Source: Acidimicrobiia bacterium (GTDB taxonomy: Bacteria > Actinomycetota > Acidimicrobiia > Spongiisociales > UBA5794). Taken from it: DNA of 64,000 bases. This document shows, piece after piece, positions 49,181 to 58,680 of this stretch (its first letter is position 1; each line of letters starts with the position of its first letter). A program made the translations under genes and the position numbers. The notes beneath the pieces are model-generated. The model was not told the origin of the DNA. It made no database searches and saw only the letters and a list, made by a program, of their open reading frames with translations. The stretch spans positions 21,722 through 85,721 of the forward strand of contig JASJDZ010000006.1 of NCBI GenBank assembly GCA_030065575.1, read 5' to 3'.

Positions 49181-49660
49181 TCAGAATCTCGCCTACTCGG
49201 CGAGATTCTTCGCGACGGCAAGCTCCCCTCCCGGAGCGTGAGTTCTCCTTTCTGCCCGCGAGCTGGGGCTACAGCGACTCGGTAGGCCGATTCGCCCTGT
49301 CGGACAGGAACGGAGAAGGTTCGAGTCCCCCTCCCGGTACTCAGAATCTCGCCTACTCGGCGAGCTCCTTCGCGACGGCAAGCTCACCATCCGTACCGCT
49401 CAGCCAATTCTCTGCCCACGAGCTGGGGCTACAGCGACTCGGTAGGCCGATTCGATGTAGTCGACCGGAGGTGGAAAGGTTCGAGTCCCTCGCCCTACAC
49501 CCGGAACCTCGCCTACTCGGCGACGTTCCTTTCCACGTCAGGCTCCGCTCCCGGAGCGTGAGTCCACTTTTCTGCCCGCGAGCTGGGGCTACAGCGACCC
49601 GGTAGGCCGATTCGCCCTGTCGGACAGGAACGGAGAAGGTTCGAGTCCCCCTCCCGGTAC
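49181..49660 (+). repeat. Three head-to-tail 160-nt repeats (A 49181-49340, B 49341-49500, C 49501-49660), each ending in a copy of the tRNA-Leu 3' terminal segment
   Basis: Direct alignment of the three units. A and C end with GGTTCGAGTCCCCCTCCCGGTAC, identical to tRNA positions 49158-49180. B ends with GGTTCGAGTCCCTCGCCCTACAC. All share the core TCTGCCCRCGAGCTGGGGCTACAGCGACYCGGTAGGCCGATTCG. Confidence 0.9.
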
Positions 49661-49674
49661 CAGCATGCATGCCG

Positions 49675-50172
49675 CTATGTGCGGTCGTTGGCAGTGGCAC
49701 CCAGCCGGATGTAGACCCTGCGGATAGCTTCACTGGCCACCATCAATCCGACTGCCAGGAGCATCACATCGAGAAAGCCCCCAAGTTCGACACTGTCCCC
49801 AAAGACCAAGTCGACGGCCTCGAGGATGGCGAACTTCGAGAGGAACAGGATCAACCAGACACCGAAGACTCCGACCGCCTTGTAGGCGCCCCCGTCCTTG
49901 GACTTGGCCCATCCCCACACTCGATGCTTCGCAGCAGTGATCAGGGCAAAGAGGCCCTTGAGGAGCACCCCGGTGAGTATGGAGATCGTGAACGAATCAA
50001 TCACCTTGGCGTCTGAGTACTCGACGTAGAGGTTGAGAACGACGGTGTAGACCAGGATGTCCGTCAACCAGGACACGTAGATCCGCTGGCTCCGACTCAG
50101 TGCCGGATTCCGATCTATGTCGGCTGGAAGCGAATCTGGAAGCTCTTCTGCGGATACAGGGTTGTTCGCCAT
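49675..50172 (-). CDS. Small integral membrane protein, unknown function
   Basis: About 4 TM helices (ILVYTVVLNLYV, ISILTGVLLKGLFALI, VGVFGVWLILFLSKFAIL, FLDVMLLAVGLMVA). ATG at 50172 (MANNPVSAEEL) is more plausible than the Cys/Trp/Arg-rich extension to 50292. Confidence 0.5.
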   Translation of the reverse strand: MANNPVSAEELPDSLPADIDRNPALSRSQRIYVSWLTDILVYTVVLNLYVEYSDAKVIDSFTISILTGVLLKGLFALITAAKHRVWGWAKSKDGGAYKAVGVFGVWLILFLSKFAILEAVDLVFGDSVELGGFLDVMLLAVGLMVASEAIRRVYIRLGATANDRT

Positions 50173-50469
50173 GACCCAGCAGACCATAGTGCAAGCCGCC
50201 CACGACCAGGAGGGCCTATGCGACATGGCCGCTCTCTTGCATTGGCGGATCTGAGGCCCATATGTGGGGGCGGTGTGGTGCGGGAACCGCAAGCATTGTG
50301 GCGGTGGGCCATCGGCACTACGGCGTGTGGTGCGAGAGCCGCAATGTGTGCCGACAGCCCAGCCGCCGGTGAAGTCGCGCCGCGCTGGAAGGGTGCGGAC
50401 CCGACTTGCGCCAATTGTGCAGAGTGAGGGCCCAACGCGGTAGGGACAAAATGCCGGGCTTCGTGCGAG

Positions 50470-51276
50470 CTAGTCACGCCTTATTGCGTCGGCCAACTCC
50501 CCTACCGCCACCCGGAGCGCGTCCTCGGCTGCATCGACAGTGTCAGCCTCCATGACCCTTCGAACCAGGGCAGAGCCGACGATCACTCCGTCGGCCGCTG
50601 CGGCGGCGGATCGAGCCTGATCCGGAGTGGCAATACCGACACCCGCCACTACCGGCACCTCGCTGTGCTTGCGCACGCGGGCGACCAGAGATCCGATGTG
50701 GCTCGAGGCCATATCGCGTTCGCCGGTGACTCCAAGCTCGGCGACTCCGTACACGAATGGAGGCGACGCCTGGACAACGTTCTCCAATCTCGCCTCGGTA
50801 GTCGTTGGGGCAACGAAGAGCACCAGCCCCATTCCGTGGCGATCCAACGCAGATGCAAATGGCAGCGCCTCGTCAACCGGCAGGTCGGCGATAATCGCAC
50901 CCGACGCTCCAGCCTGGCTCAGCCGCTGCGCAAACACCTCCGGACCCATTCGCAGCACCGGGTTCACATACGTCATGACCACGCTCGGCCTACCCGTTTC
51001 GGCAACAACCTGCTCGAGAATGTCGAGGGCGACCTCGACACCCGACCCGGCTGCCAACGCCCGGTCCCCAGCCGCTTGAATGACAGGCCCGTCCATGAGC
51101 GGGTCGGCGTACGGGATCCCAACCTCAAATCCATCGGCACCGGCTTCGGCCATCGCCACGAATAGCCGCACCGATCCTTCGGGGTCGGGTAGCCCCGCTG
51201 TCATGTAGGGCAACAAGGCCGCTCGGTTCTCGGCCCGGCAGCGAGAGAAGAGCTCAGCTAGCGCCTGCCTACTCAT
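50470..51276 (-). CDS. trpA: Tryptophan synthase alpha chain
   Basis: [34 protein letters not shown] and GVGIATPDQ. The ATG at 51276 overlaps the trpB stop (ATGAGTAG). Confidence 0.9.
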   Translation of the reverse strand: MSRQALAELFSRCRAENRAALLPYMTAGLPDPEGSVRLFVAMAEAGADGFEVGIPYADPLMDGPVIQAAGDRALAAGSGVEVALDILEQVVAETGRPSVVMTYVNPVLRMGPEVFAQRLSQAGASGAIIADLPVDEALPFASALDRHGMGLVLFVAPTTTEARLENVVQASPPFVYGVAELGVTGERDMASSHIGSLVARVRKHSEVPVVAGVGIATPDQARSAAAAADGVIVGSALVRRVMEADTVDAAEDALRVAVGELADAIRRD

Positions 51277-52456
51277 CAGCATCCACCAGATCGATGATCT
51301 GCTGAACGTCCTTGTCGCCACGCCCGGAGAGATTGAGAGCAACGGTTTGTCCCCGCAGCGAATCGGCTTCCTTGGCGATCCAGGCCAGGGCGTGAGCGGT
51401 CTCCAGGGCCGGGATGATGCCTTCGACCGAAGCTAGGAGGTTGACTGCCTCTACAGCCTCTTCGTCGGTGATCGACGTGTACTCAACGAGCTGTCGATCT
51501 TTGAAGTACGCATGCTCGGGACCGACGCCGGGATAGTCGAGCCCCGCGGAAATCGAATGCGCCTCGAGGATCTGTCCCTGGACGTCCTGTAGCAAGTAGG
51601 TCATGGAACCGTGGATAACGCCGGGGCTGCCGGCAACGAGGGAAGCGCCATGCTCACCGGTCTCCAGGCCGTAACCCGCAGCCTCGACTCCCACAAGCCG
51701 AACGTCTGATCCAACATACGGATAGAAGATCCCCATTGCGTTGGAACCGCCACCTACACAGGCAACGATCACGTCGGGGTGCGGTCGCTGCGAACCATCC
51801 ATTTGCTCTTGCAGTTCCTCGCCAATGACCTTCTGCAACTCGCGGACCATCCAGGGGAAGGGGTGGGGACCGACGACGGAGCCGATGATGTAGTGCGTCG
51901 TATCGACCGTTGCTACCCAGTCGCGCATAGCGGCCGACACCGCGTCCTTGAGAGTTCCGGCTCCGGAAGTCACCGGGCGTACCTCTGTACCCAGCATGCG
52001 CATCCGCTGAACGTTGAGCGCCTGACGCTCGATGTCCTTCTCTCCCATGTACACGACGCACTCTTGACCGAGCAACGCACAGGCCGTCGCCGTCGCAACT
52101 CCGTGCTGGCCGGCTCCTGTCTCGGCAATCACGCGGTTCTTGCCCATGCGCTTCGTCAGCAGCGCCTGCCCCATGGTGTTGTTGATCTTGTGCGCACCGG
52201 TATGAGCAAGGTCCTCTCGCTTCAGATAGAGATCGATGCCGAGCTGATCCGATAGCCGTTCTGCGCGATACACCGGGGTGGGACGGCCTACGAAGTCGGC
52301 AAGTAGCTTGTTGAGTTCGTTGTGGAATCCCGGGTCGTCCCAGGCCTTGGCGAACTCAGTTTCGAGCTCCTCGAGTGCCGGCATGAGCGTCTCGGGAGCG
52401 AACTGGCCTCCGTACTCGGCAAAACGCCCCTGATTGTCTGGTCGGTCGAGCCTCAA
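51269..52456 (-). CDS. trpB: Tryptophan synthase beta chain
   Basis: [15 protein letters not shown], the PLP lysine motif [19 protein letters not shown] and [11 protein letters not shown] at 52456 overlaps the trpF stop (TTGA). The track ORF to 52549 adds an implausible Cys/Arg-rich extension. Confidence 0.95.
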   Translation of the reverse strand: MRLDRPDNQGRFAEYGGQFAPETLMPALEELETEFAKAWDDPGFHNELNKLLADFVGRPTPVYRAERLSDQLGIDLYLKREDLAHTGAHKINNTMGQALLTKRMGKNRVIAETGAGQHGVATATACALLGQECVVYMGEKDIERQALNVQRMRMLGTEVRPVTSGAGTLKDAVSAAMRDWVATVDTTHYIIGSVVGPHPFPWMVRELQKVIGEELQEQMDGSQRPHPDVIVACVGGGSNAMGIFYPYVGSDVRLVGVEAAGYGLETGEHGASLVAGSPGVIHGSMTYLLQDVQGQILEAHSISAGLDYPGVGPEHAYFKDRQLVEYTSITDEEAVEAVNLLASVEGIIPALETAHALAWIAKEADSLRGQTVALNLSGRGDKDVQQIIDLVDADE

Positions 52457-53049
52457 ATCATCTTCGCTTTCGTGATGAAGTCCGCAACCATACCGTGGTC
52501 TTTGACTCCCGATGCCCTCTCCAAACCGCTGGATGCATCGACACCCCATGGCGAGGCGACGGCAATGGCGGCGCGCACATTGTCCGGGCCCAGCCCTCCG
52601 GCCAGGACAAACCGATCGGTGAGGTCGGCAACCATTGTCCAGTCGAATACCCGCCCCGTGCCCCCGAATTGCGTCGATGACGGCGTATCGATCAGCGGCA
52701 CTCCCGGCAGTGTCGTCAGATCCAACCCCGATGCCGCCCGCACCGGGAAGTAGACCTTGTGGCCGGCCTGCAATGCTGCCTGCGCTACAGCTTCACGGCG
52801 GGCGCCATAGGGCTGAACGGCAGTTAGCGACGACGTCTCCAGTATCTCCAACACAGTGTTGGGGTCCTCGTCTTGGGTCAGCAGCACGGCATCGACGGGA
52901 ACTCCGTCCGCCAGACTCGCCGCCTCTGGAATCGAAACGAACCGGGGGGATCCGAGGACGTTCACAAAGCCGACGGCATCCGCCCCTGCCTCAACGGCAA
53001 CAGCGACGTCTTGCTCAGTCCTCATTCCGCACACCTTGACCCAGGTCAT
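52453..53049 (-). CDS. trpF: Phosphoribosylanthranilate isomerase
   Basis: [29 protein letters not shown]...SPRFV...[10 protein letters not shown]...[10 protein letters not shown]...GVDASSGLE...GVKD matches PRAI throughout. It has an ATGA overlap with trpC. Confidence 0.85.
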   Translation of the reverse strand: MTWVKVCGMRTEQDVAVAVEAGADAVGFVNVLGSPRFVSIPEAASLADGVPVDAVLLTQDEDPNTVLEILETSSLTAVQPYGARREAVAQAALQAGHKVYFPVRAASGLDLTTLPGVPLIDTPSSTQFGGTGRVFDWTMVADLTDRFVLAGGLGPDNVRAAIAVASPWGVDASSGLERASGVKDHGMVADFITKAKMI

Positions 53050-53798
53050 GGGGCCGCCTTCCTCAGCTCTGCGATGAGCTGCGCCGGGTCTGAGGCGGTG
53101 ACCAGAGCTTCGCCGACGAGAATGGCGTCGTAACCCGCCGCCGCCATCCGGGCGGCTCCTGCTGCGTCCGAGACTCCGCTCTCTGCCACCCTCACCGTGC
53201 TGCTATCCAGTTGGGAAGCCACCCGCTCCGCAACGGCGAGGTCAGTCACAAAGGTGTGCAGATCACGGTTGTTCACCCCGACGATCGTTGCGCCCGCGTC
53301 AAGTGCGGCCCGCGCTTCGCTCTCATTGTGGGCCTCGACGAGCGCCTCGATACCGACTGCCGCACACTCGGCCAGAAGCGTCTTCATCATGCCCGGGTCC
53401 AACCCCGCAACGATCAGCAGCAAAGCGTCGGCGCCGGCAGCTCGGGACTCTCCTACCTGACGCGGATCAATAATGAAGTCCTTGCGCAGGACGGGCAAGG
53501 TGACTGCCGCACGGACTGTCTCGAGATCTTCCAGAGAGCCTCCGAAGTAGTCCGGCTCAGTGAGCACCGAAATCGCCGCCGCTCCCCCGGCCGCGTAGGC
53601 CTGCGCTTGCGCAGCGGGATCGAGACCGATGTTGAGGTCGCCCCGCGATGGTGACCGTCGCTTGATCTCGGCGATTACCTGAAGGCCGGAACCGGCCAGA
53701 GCATCGCCAAACCCGCGACGCTTCGGGCCTTCCCCAGTTCGTAGGATTCCGCCGGTTTCAATGCGGCGTACTGTTGCGGCAATGATTTCTGAGAGCAT
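53046..53798 (-). CDS. trpC: Indole-3-glycerol-phosphate synthase
   Basis: VIAEIKRRSPSRG, ISVLTEPDYFGGS, LRKDFI, VEAHNESE, VGVNNRDL. Confidence 0.9.
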   Translation of the reverse strand: MLSEIIAATVRRIETGGILRTGEGPKRRGFGDALAGSGLQVIAEIKRRSPSRGDLNIGLDPAAQAQAYAAGGAAAISVLTEPDYFGGSLEDLETVRAAVTLPVLRKDFIIDPRQVGESRAAGADALLLIVAGLDPGMMKTLLAECAAVGIEALVEAHNESEARAALDAGATIVGVNNRDLHTFVTDLAVAERVASQLDSSTVRVAESGVSDAAGAARMAAAGYDAILVGEALVTASDPAQLIAELRKAAP

Positions 53799-53834
53799 GC
53801 TGTCCGAATAGTACGGCTTGGCGGGGACGCACAG

Positions 53835-54152
53835 TCACTGCGACAGGCTGCGGACGTATGCGACCAGGCTACTCAGCTGCTCGGGGGTCAGCCGCGGGAA
53901 GCCGGGCATGTTCCCTGGGCCCACGGTTATGACGCCGGCGATTTGCTCGTCCGTGAGGTTCAGATCGGTGTTGGATCCCGGCCCGATGTTCAGGCCGATG
54001 CCCCCGTTGCCGTCGAGTGCGTGACACGCAGCGCAGGAACGGACATATAGGTCTTCTCCCAGTAGTTCCTCGCTCGGCGCGCAACCGCCGAGCAGAACGA
54101 GAATCAAGAGCGCAATCACAAATCGCATGAAGGGCCAGAATCTAGCCCACAA
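53835..54152 (-). CDS. Small lipoprotein-anchored c-type cytochrome
   Basis: Lipobox LLGGC, heme site CAACH, and a distal Met candidate in GPGNMPGF. Size is 105 aa. Confidence 0.8.
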   Translation of the reverse strand: MWARFWPFMRFVIALLILVLLGGCAPSEELLGEDLYVRSCAACHALDGNGGIGLNIGPGSNTDLNLTDEQIAGVITVGPGNMPGFPRLTPEQLSSLVAYVRSLSQ

Positions 54153-54163
54153 TGCGAATTGGC

Positions 54164-55564
54164 TCAGCCGGGCTCACCCGACATAGGCAGGTTCACAGTC
54201 ACACCGGTCCCTCTGCCGAGGATGCTGCTAACCGAAACCGAACCTCCCATCGCCTCGACGAGTTCCTTCACAATCGTCAGGCCAAGTCCCGATCCCTCGG
54301 GCCGCACGGGCCGGTATCGCTGGGCTACGTAGAGACGCTCGAAGACGCGGCCGAGGTCCTCCGGATCGATGCCGGGCCCCGTGTCCGACACTGAGAGAAC
54401 GATCTCCCGATCATCGCCGGTCAATTCGACTACAACCGTGCCACCCTCCGGTGTATAGCGGAGTGCGTTGTCGATGAGGTTCCCCAAGATCTGATCAACT
54501 CGGTCCGGGTCGATCTCGATCTCCCCGAGCGCAGCTACTTCTGAGAGAAGGTCGACATGGATCTCCGCAGCTCGCGCTCGTTGGACATCGACCAGTCCTC
54601 CGACATGTGCGGCGATGTCGACAAGCTCCGGTCGCAACGTGAACTCCCGCGCCTCGAGCCTGGAGAGCAGTGTCAGATCTTCGATCAGCCGACTCAGGCG
54701 GTCGGTCTGCCGGCGCATGACCTCACCCACTCGCTGCAGATCGCCGTCGTCGATCTCGCCGGCATCCAGTGCCTCTGCGTAACCCCGCAGAGTGGTGAGC
54801 GGAGTCCGCAAGTCATGACCCACGCTCATCAAGAAGTCACGTTCCCGGCGCCGGGAATCCGCAAGACGCGCAACCATCTCGTTGAAGGCGCCGCCGAGCC
54901 GATCCACATCGTCCTTGCCATAGTCCGGCGCGCGGACTTCGAAGTCGCCGGCGGCCAATTGTGAGGATGCCTCACCCAGCTCGTCCAACCTCCGGCCTAC
55001 TCGCCTGGCCACGGCCGCCGCCAGGAACACAGCGAGGATGGCTCCGATGCCGAGCGAGAAGAGCAAAGGACGAACCAATACGTTGGTCGCGAGCAGGGGC
55101 TCGGTTCTGCCGATGGCGATGAGAATCCGGCCGCCTCGCCTCAGTCCCAGGGGGACGGAGCGAACGTATGCCAGTACCGGCTCGCCATCGACGACGGTCT
55201 CGATCACTTCGTCAAGCGGAGGATCATCTCCGAGGGTGTCCAGCAGTGGAGTCTCGGGCAAGGTCGCCGCAATTGGCCGGTTGTTCTCCCCCCATTGCAG
55301 CCTCGCCTCGACGAAGTCGTGACCGCCGATCGCTCTGGCGATCTCGAGGGTGCGCACGATCTGGGCAGTGTCGGCTTGCTGCCCGGCAGGGAGGCTATCT
55401 CGGAGCGACGACGTAACCAGCGTTGCCGTGGCCTCTGCCTGACGAAGCAATTCCGATTCCGATTCGTCGATCAGGCTTCTCCCGATGGCTGCGCCGGCAA
55501 CCAGGCCGGCCAGCAGTGTTACCGCAGCAACTGCCAGTGCGCTCCAGAGAACTTGGCGTCGCAT
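54164..55564 (-). CDS. Sensor histidine kinase (TM-sensor-TM-HAMP-HisKA-HATPase)
   Basis: H-box FLMSVGHDLRTPLTTLRGY, N-box LGNLIDNALRYTP, G1 DTGPGID and G2 GSGLGLTIV. Confidence 0.85.
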   Translation of the reverse strand: MRRQVLWSALAVAAVTLLAGLVAGAAIGRSLIDESESELLRQAEATATLVTSSLRDSLPAGQQADTAQIVRTLEIARAIGGHDFVEARLQWGENNRPIAATLPETPLLDTLGDDPPLDEVIETVVDGEPVLAYVRSVPLGLRRGGRILIAIGRTEPLLATNVLVRPLLFSLGIGAILAVFLAAAVARRVGRRLDELGEASSQLAAGDFEVRAPDYGKDDVDRLGGAFNEMVARLADSRRRERDFLMSVGHDLRTPLTTLRGYAEALDAGEIDDGDLQRVGEVMRRQTDRLSRLIEDLTLLSRLEAREFTLRPELVDIAAHVGGLVDVQRARAAEIHVDLLSEVAALGEIEIDPDRVDQILGNLIDNALRYTPEGGTVVVELTGDDREIVLSVSDTGPGIDPEDLGRVFERLYVAQRYRPVRPEGSGLGLTIVKELVEAMGGSVSVSSILGRGTGVTVNLPMSGEPG

Positions 55565-55567
55565 TGC

Positions 55568-56242
55568 TCAATCGCCCATTCGATATCCCACGCCCCACAC
55601 GGTTTCGATGGGGATTCCCGGGAGCTTCTTCCGCAGTTGGCGCACATGGACATCGACCGTTCTGGTTTCTCCGAAGTAGTCGTAACCCCACACTGCCTCG
55701 AGAACCTGCTGCCGGGATAACACCAGTCCTTGGTGAGATGCGAGGTACCAGAGAAGATCGAACTCGCGCGCCGTCGGCCGCACCACATCGCCCGACGGGA
55801 GGTCAACCTGGCGACGCCCGCTGTCAACGCGAAACCCGCCAACGGAGACAACCTGCATCGCCACCGGTCTCTCCTCGCTTCGCCGCAACACAGCCTTGAC
55901 CCTGGCCACCAACTCTCGCGGCGAGAAGGGCTTTGTTACGTAGTCGTCGGCACCCATCTCGAGGCCGACCACTTTGTCGACTTCCGAATCGCGGGCCGTC
56001 AGCATGATGATCGGGATGTCGGAGTCGGCACGGAGCTTGCGGCAAACCTCGACACCGTCGATACCGGGAAGACCGATGTCCAGCAGCGTTGCCCGTACAT
56101 CCCCTTGCCTGGCACGCTCCAAGCCTCGTTCACCCGATACGGCGTGTACCAGGCGAAACCCCTCCCGCTCGAAGTAGAGCCGAAGCAGATCGGCGATTTC
56201 CACTTCGTCTTCGATGAGCAGGATTGTTCCGCTTGCAGTCAC
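55568..56242 (-). CDS. OmpR-family response regulator
   Basis: Receiver domain (ILLIEDEVEIADLL...LLDIGLPGIDG) and winged helix (TRTVDVHVRQLRKKL). GTG at 56242 lies behind GGAGGTGGAAAGG. The track ORF to 56323 would overlap ygfZ. Confidence 0.88.
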   Translation of the reverse strand: MTASGTILLIEDEVEIADLLRLYFEREGFRLVHAVSGERGLERARQGDVRATLLDIGLPGIDGVEVCRKLRADSDIPIIMLTARDSEVDKVVGLEMGADDYVTKPFSPRELVARVKAVLRRSEERPVAMQVVSVGGFRVDSGRRQVDLPSGDVVRPTAREFDLLWYLASHQGLVLSRQQVLEAVWGYDYFGETRTVDVHVRQLRKKLPGIPIETVWGVGYRMGD

Positions 56243-56300
56243 ACGCAGCCTTTCCACCTCCACCAGTATCGGTTCAAGTTGTTTGAGGACTGTAAGAGAT

Positions 56301-57191
56301 TCACGGAGACATCGGCAGCGCAACCACCCGAGCCCGGCGGTCGCCGACCATCACTTCGCTGCCGGCTTCGACCTCGATTCGCACCATCGCCAGAGCAACC
56401 ACCAGTTGCCTTGCCTGAGACCAGGCCGCCGAGGTGACGGCGCCAACGACGGTCTCTCTGCGGACGACTGAGCTGGTTGCATCGGGAACCTCTTCGCCCT
56501 CGATATGCAGACCGGCGAGTTGCCGATTGACGTGACCTCTCGAATCGATCCTCGCCACCAGCTCCTGACCGAGATAGCAACCCTTGGTGAAGTCGACGTA
56601 TTGGTTCACGTCGACTCCCTCTTGCGGGATGGTTCGATCGTCCAAATCGACTCCCATGACGGGCTCGCCCGCCTCGATACGGGCAAGGTCGATCACAGCC
56701 GTGTCCACGATCGGGACAGACGGCTCGGATCCCGCCACGATCCGCCTGGGCAGATCATGTCGCACCAGGGGCATGAAGAACGTCAGCTTCCCTGCCCGAT
56801 CGGTCCATGAGTCGGGCGGCGTAAGATCGTCCGCTACCTCGGGCCCCCAGATCTCGTACAAGGTTCGGGGATCCTCCGCAATGGTCGCATCGACCCGGAT
56901 CTTGAACCTCGACAGGTCTCCGACCACGGTCTCGATCCGCCCCGCATCACAAACGAGCCCCACCCGGTCGTCGCCGCGCAACAGGAACAGCGTTGCTCTC
57001 AGCTTCCCTTGCGGTGCCAGGAGCAGCGACCGGCCGGTTGCCCCCGGCGCCATCGCAGCAACGTTCTGGCTGAGTAGCCCGTCGAGGAAAGTCACCGCAT
57101 CGGGCCCGTCGACCCATATCAGGCCGAACCGGCCCGCCACTGCGACCGGTCCGCTCTCCTCAATTCGAGCCAATCCCATCGGTTCAAACAC
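56301..57191 (-). CDS. ygfZ: Folate-binding YgfZ/GcvT-like protein
   Basis: The FTKGCYLGQELVARIDSRG motif matches the K-G-C-Y/F-x-G-Q-E signature of YgfZ/CAF17. Size is about 296 aa. Confidence 0.72.
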   Translation of the reverse strand: MFEPMGLARIEESGPVAVAGRFGLIWVDGPDAVTFLDGLLSQNVAAMAPGATGRSLLLAPQGKLRATLFLLRGDDRVGLVCDAGRIETVVGDLSRFKIRVDATIAEDPRTLYEIWGPEVADDLTPPDSWTDRAGKLTFFMPLVRHDLPRRIVAGSEPSVPIVDTAVIDLARIEAGEPVMGVDLDDRTIPQEGVDVNQYVDFTKGCYLGQELVARIDSRGHVNRQLAGLHIEGEEVPDATSSVVRRETVVGAVTSAAWSQARQLVVALAMVRIEVEAGSEVMVGDRRARVVALPMSP

Positions 57192-58671
57192 TCTTGGCCG
57201 CTTCTACGGCTGCGAGAACGGCAGCTGCCTTGTTCATGCACTCGTGGTACTCGGCGGTCGGATCACTGTCGGCGACCACGCCGGCGCCGGCCTGCACCCA
57301 TGCCTTGCCGTCGGCTGCGACCATCGTGCGCAGAGCAATGGCGGTGTCGAGGTTGCCGGAGAAGTCGATGTAGCCGACGGCTCCTGCGTACGGGCCACGA
57401 GCTGTCGGCTCCAGATTGTCGATGATCTCCATGGCCCGAACCTTGGGAGCACCGGAGACGGTTCCGTGCGGGAAGGTGGCCCGAAGAACGTCGATCGGCC
57501 CTACCTCCGGCCGGAGCCGACCGGAAACACCCGAGACTATGTGCATTACGTGCGAATACCTCTCGATCACCATTAGGTCGTCGACATGCACGCTGCCGAA
57601 CTCACAAACGCGACCCAGATCATTGCGGGCAAGGTCGATGAGCATCACATGCTCGGCCCTTTCCTTGGGGTCGGCCAGCAACTCGTTCTCGAGTCGCTGG
57701 TCCTCCCCGGGAGTCGCGCCGCGCGGCCGCGTTCCCGCGATCGGGCGGCTGGTTGCGATCCCGTTGCGGGCCCGAACCATCAGCTCCGGCGAGGACCCGA
57801 CAATGGACACGCTCTGCATCCGGACGAAGAACATGAACGGCGAAGGGTTGACCAGCCGCAGGGCGCGGTAAACAAGAAACGGATCCGCTTCGAGGTCGAC
57901 CTCGAGACGAAGCGAAGGCACGATCTGGAAGGCGTCTCCCATCTTGATGTGCTCTTTGGCAGTGAGGACGGCTGCCTCGAACTCCTCCTGCGTCATGTTG
58001 GCTCGGGCCGGTGGCCGGCTGTGGAAGGCCGGTCTCGCCATCGCGGGGTAGTCCGACGACGACACCAACCGGGCAGCGGCCTCGTTGAGGTCATTGACCG
58101 CACTGTCGTACATCGCACCGGGATCCTGGTCTCCGATGAACACGTTGCGGATCAGATGCACTGTCTCCCGGAAGCGGTCTACTGCGGCCAGCAAGCCAAA
58201 GAACTGCCAGGCCATCTCGGGAAGACCACGATCATCGTGCGGTCGGTCCGGAAGGTGCTCGATGTGTCGGACGGCGTCGTAAGACAGGAAACCGACGGCG
58301 CCCGAATGGAGCGGCGGATGATCAGAGGAGTAGCCGAGTTCATCTGCGCCGGGGACCGAAAGTGATGCAATGGTCTCCTCCAGCACCCGAAGCGGGTCGC
58401 TCCCGGCCAGGGTTCGACCTTCCGGGAAGATCGAGCTGACAGAATCGCGTGCTTCCAGGGTGAATTCCGGCCGGGTTCCGACGAAGGACCAACGAGCCCA
58501 GCGTTCGCCGCCTTCGACAGACTCGAGCAGGAACCCCTGGCTATCGCCAACGAGCTTCTCGAATACCGAAACGGCGGTCTCCCGATCGGCAAGTACTTCG
58601 ATCGAAAGCGGCACGACGGCATAGCGTTGCGCAAGATCGATGAACTTGGCCCTCGAGAGATCCGGTGTCAT
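57184..58671 (-). CDS. trpE: Anthranilate synthase component I
   Basis: LLESVEGGERWARWSF, SPELMVR, IAGTRPRG, DPKERAEHVMLIDLARNDLGRV, GAPKVRAMEII, RGPYAGAVGY. Confidence 0.93.
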   Translation of the reverse strand: MTPDLSRAKFIDLAQRYAVVPLSIEVLADRETAVSVFEKLVGDSQGFLLESVEGGERWARWSFVGTRPEFTLEARDSVSSIFPEGRTLAGSDPLRVLEETIASLSVPGADELGYSSDHPPLHSGAVGFLSYDAVRHIEHLPDRPHDDRGLPEMAWQFFGLLAAVDRFRETVHLIRNVFIGDQDPGAMYDSAVNDLNEAAARLVSSSDYPAMARPAFHSRPPARANMTQEEFEAAVLTAKEHIKMGDAFQIVPSLRLEVDLEADPFLVYRALRLVNPSPFMFFVRMQSVSIVGSSPELMVRARNGIATSRPIAGTRPRGATPGEDQRLENELLADPKERAEHVMLIDLARNDLGRVCEFGSVHVDDLMVIERYSHVMHIVSGVSGRLRPEVGPIDVLRATFPHGTVSGAPKVRAMEIIDNLEPTARGPYAGAVGYIDFSGNLDTAIALRTMVAADGKAWVQAGAGVVADSDPTAEYHECMNKAAAVLAAVEAAKSV

Positions 58672-58680
58672 GAGCCGAGG

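Noticed and set aside
49181-49660. Possibility that the 160-nt repeats form a CRISPR array
   Set aside because: The units are contiguous with no unique spacers. They are far longer than CRISPR repeats, and no cas genes are nearby.
49256-49660. Possibility that each repeat unit is a functional or recently decayed full tRNA gene
   Set aside because: The 3' acceptor strand TCCCGGT has no complementary 5' strand (RCCGGGA) in any unit. The 5' T-stem does not pair with CCCCC, and no anticodon arm can be drawn. Only the 3' 23 nt and a faint D-loop-like GGTAG resemble the tRNA.
49153-49733. ORFs running through the tRNA-linked repeats (49153..49605 +, 49193..49390 -, 49353..49733 -)
   Set aside because: The repeat period is 160 nt, which is not a multiple of 3. 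The same DNA would therefore be read in different frames in each unit. The products are low complexity and no SD or start context is visible.
49096-50300. Genomic island or integrase at the tRNA-Leu(CAA) locus
   Set aside because: No integrase, recombinase or phage-like ORF follows the repeats. The next genes are a small membrane protein and trpA.
58672-58680. trp leader peptide or attenuator upstream of trpE
   Set aside because: Only 9 nt lie between the ccdA stop and the trpE start.
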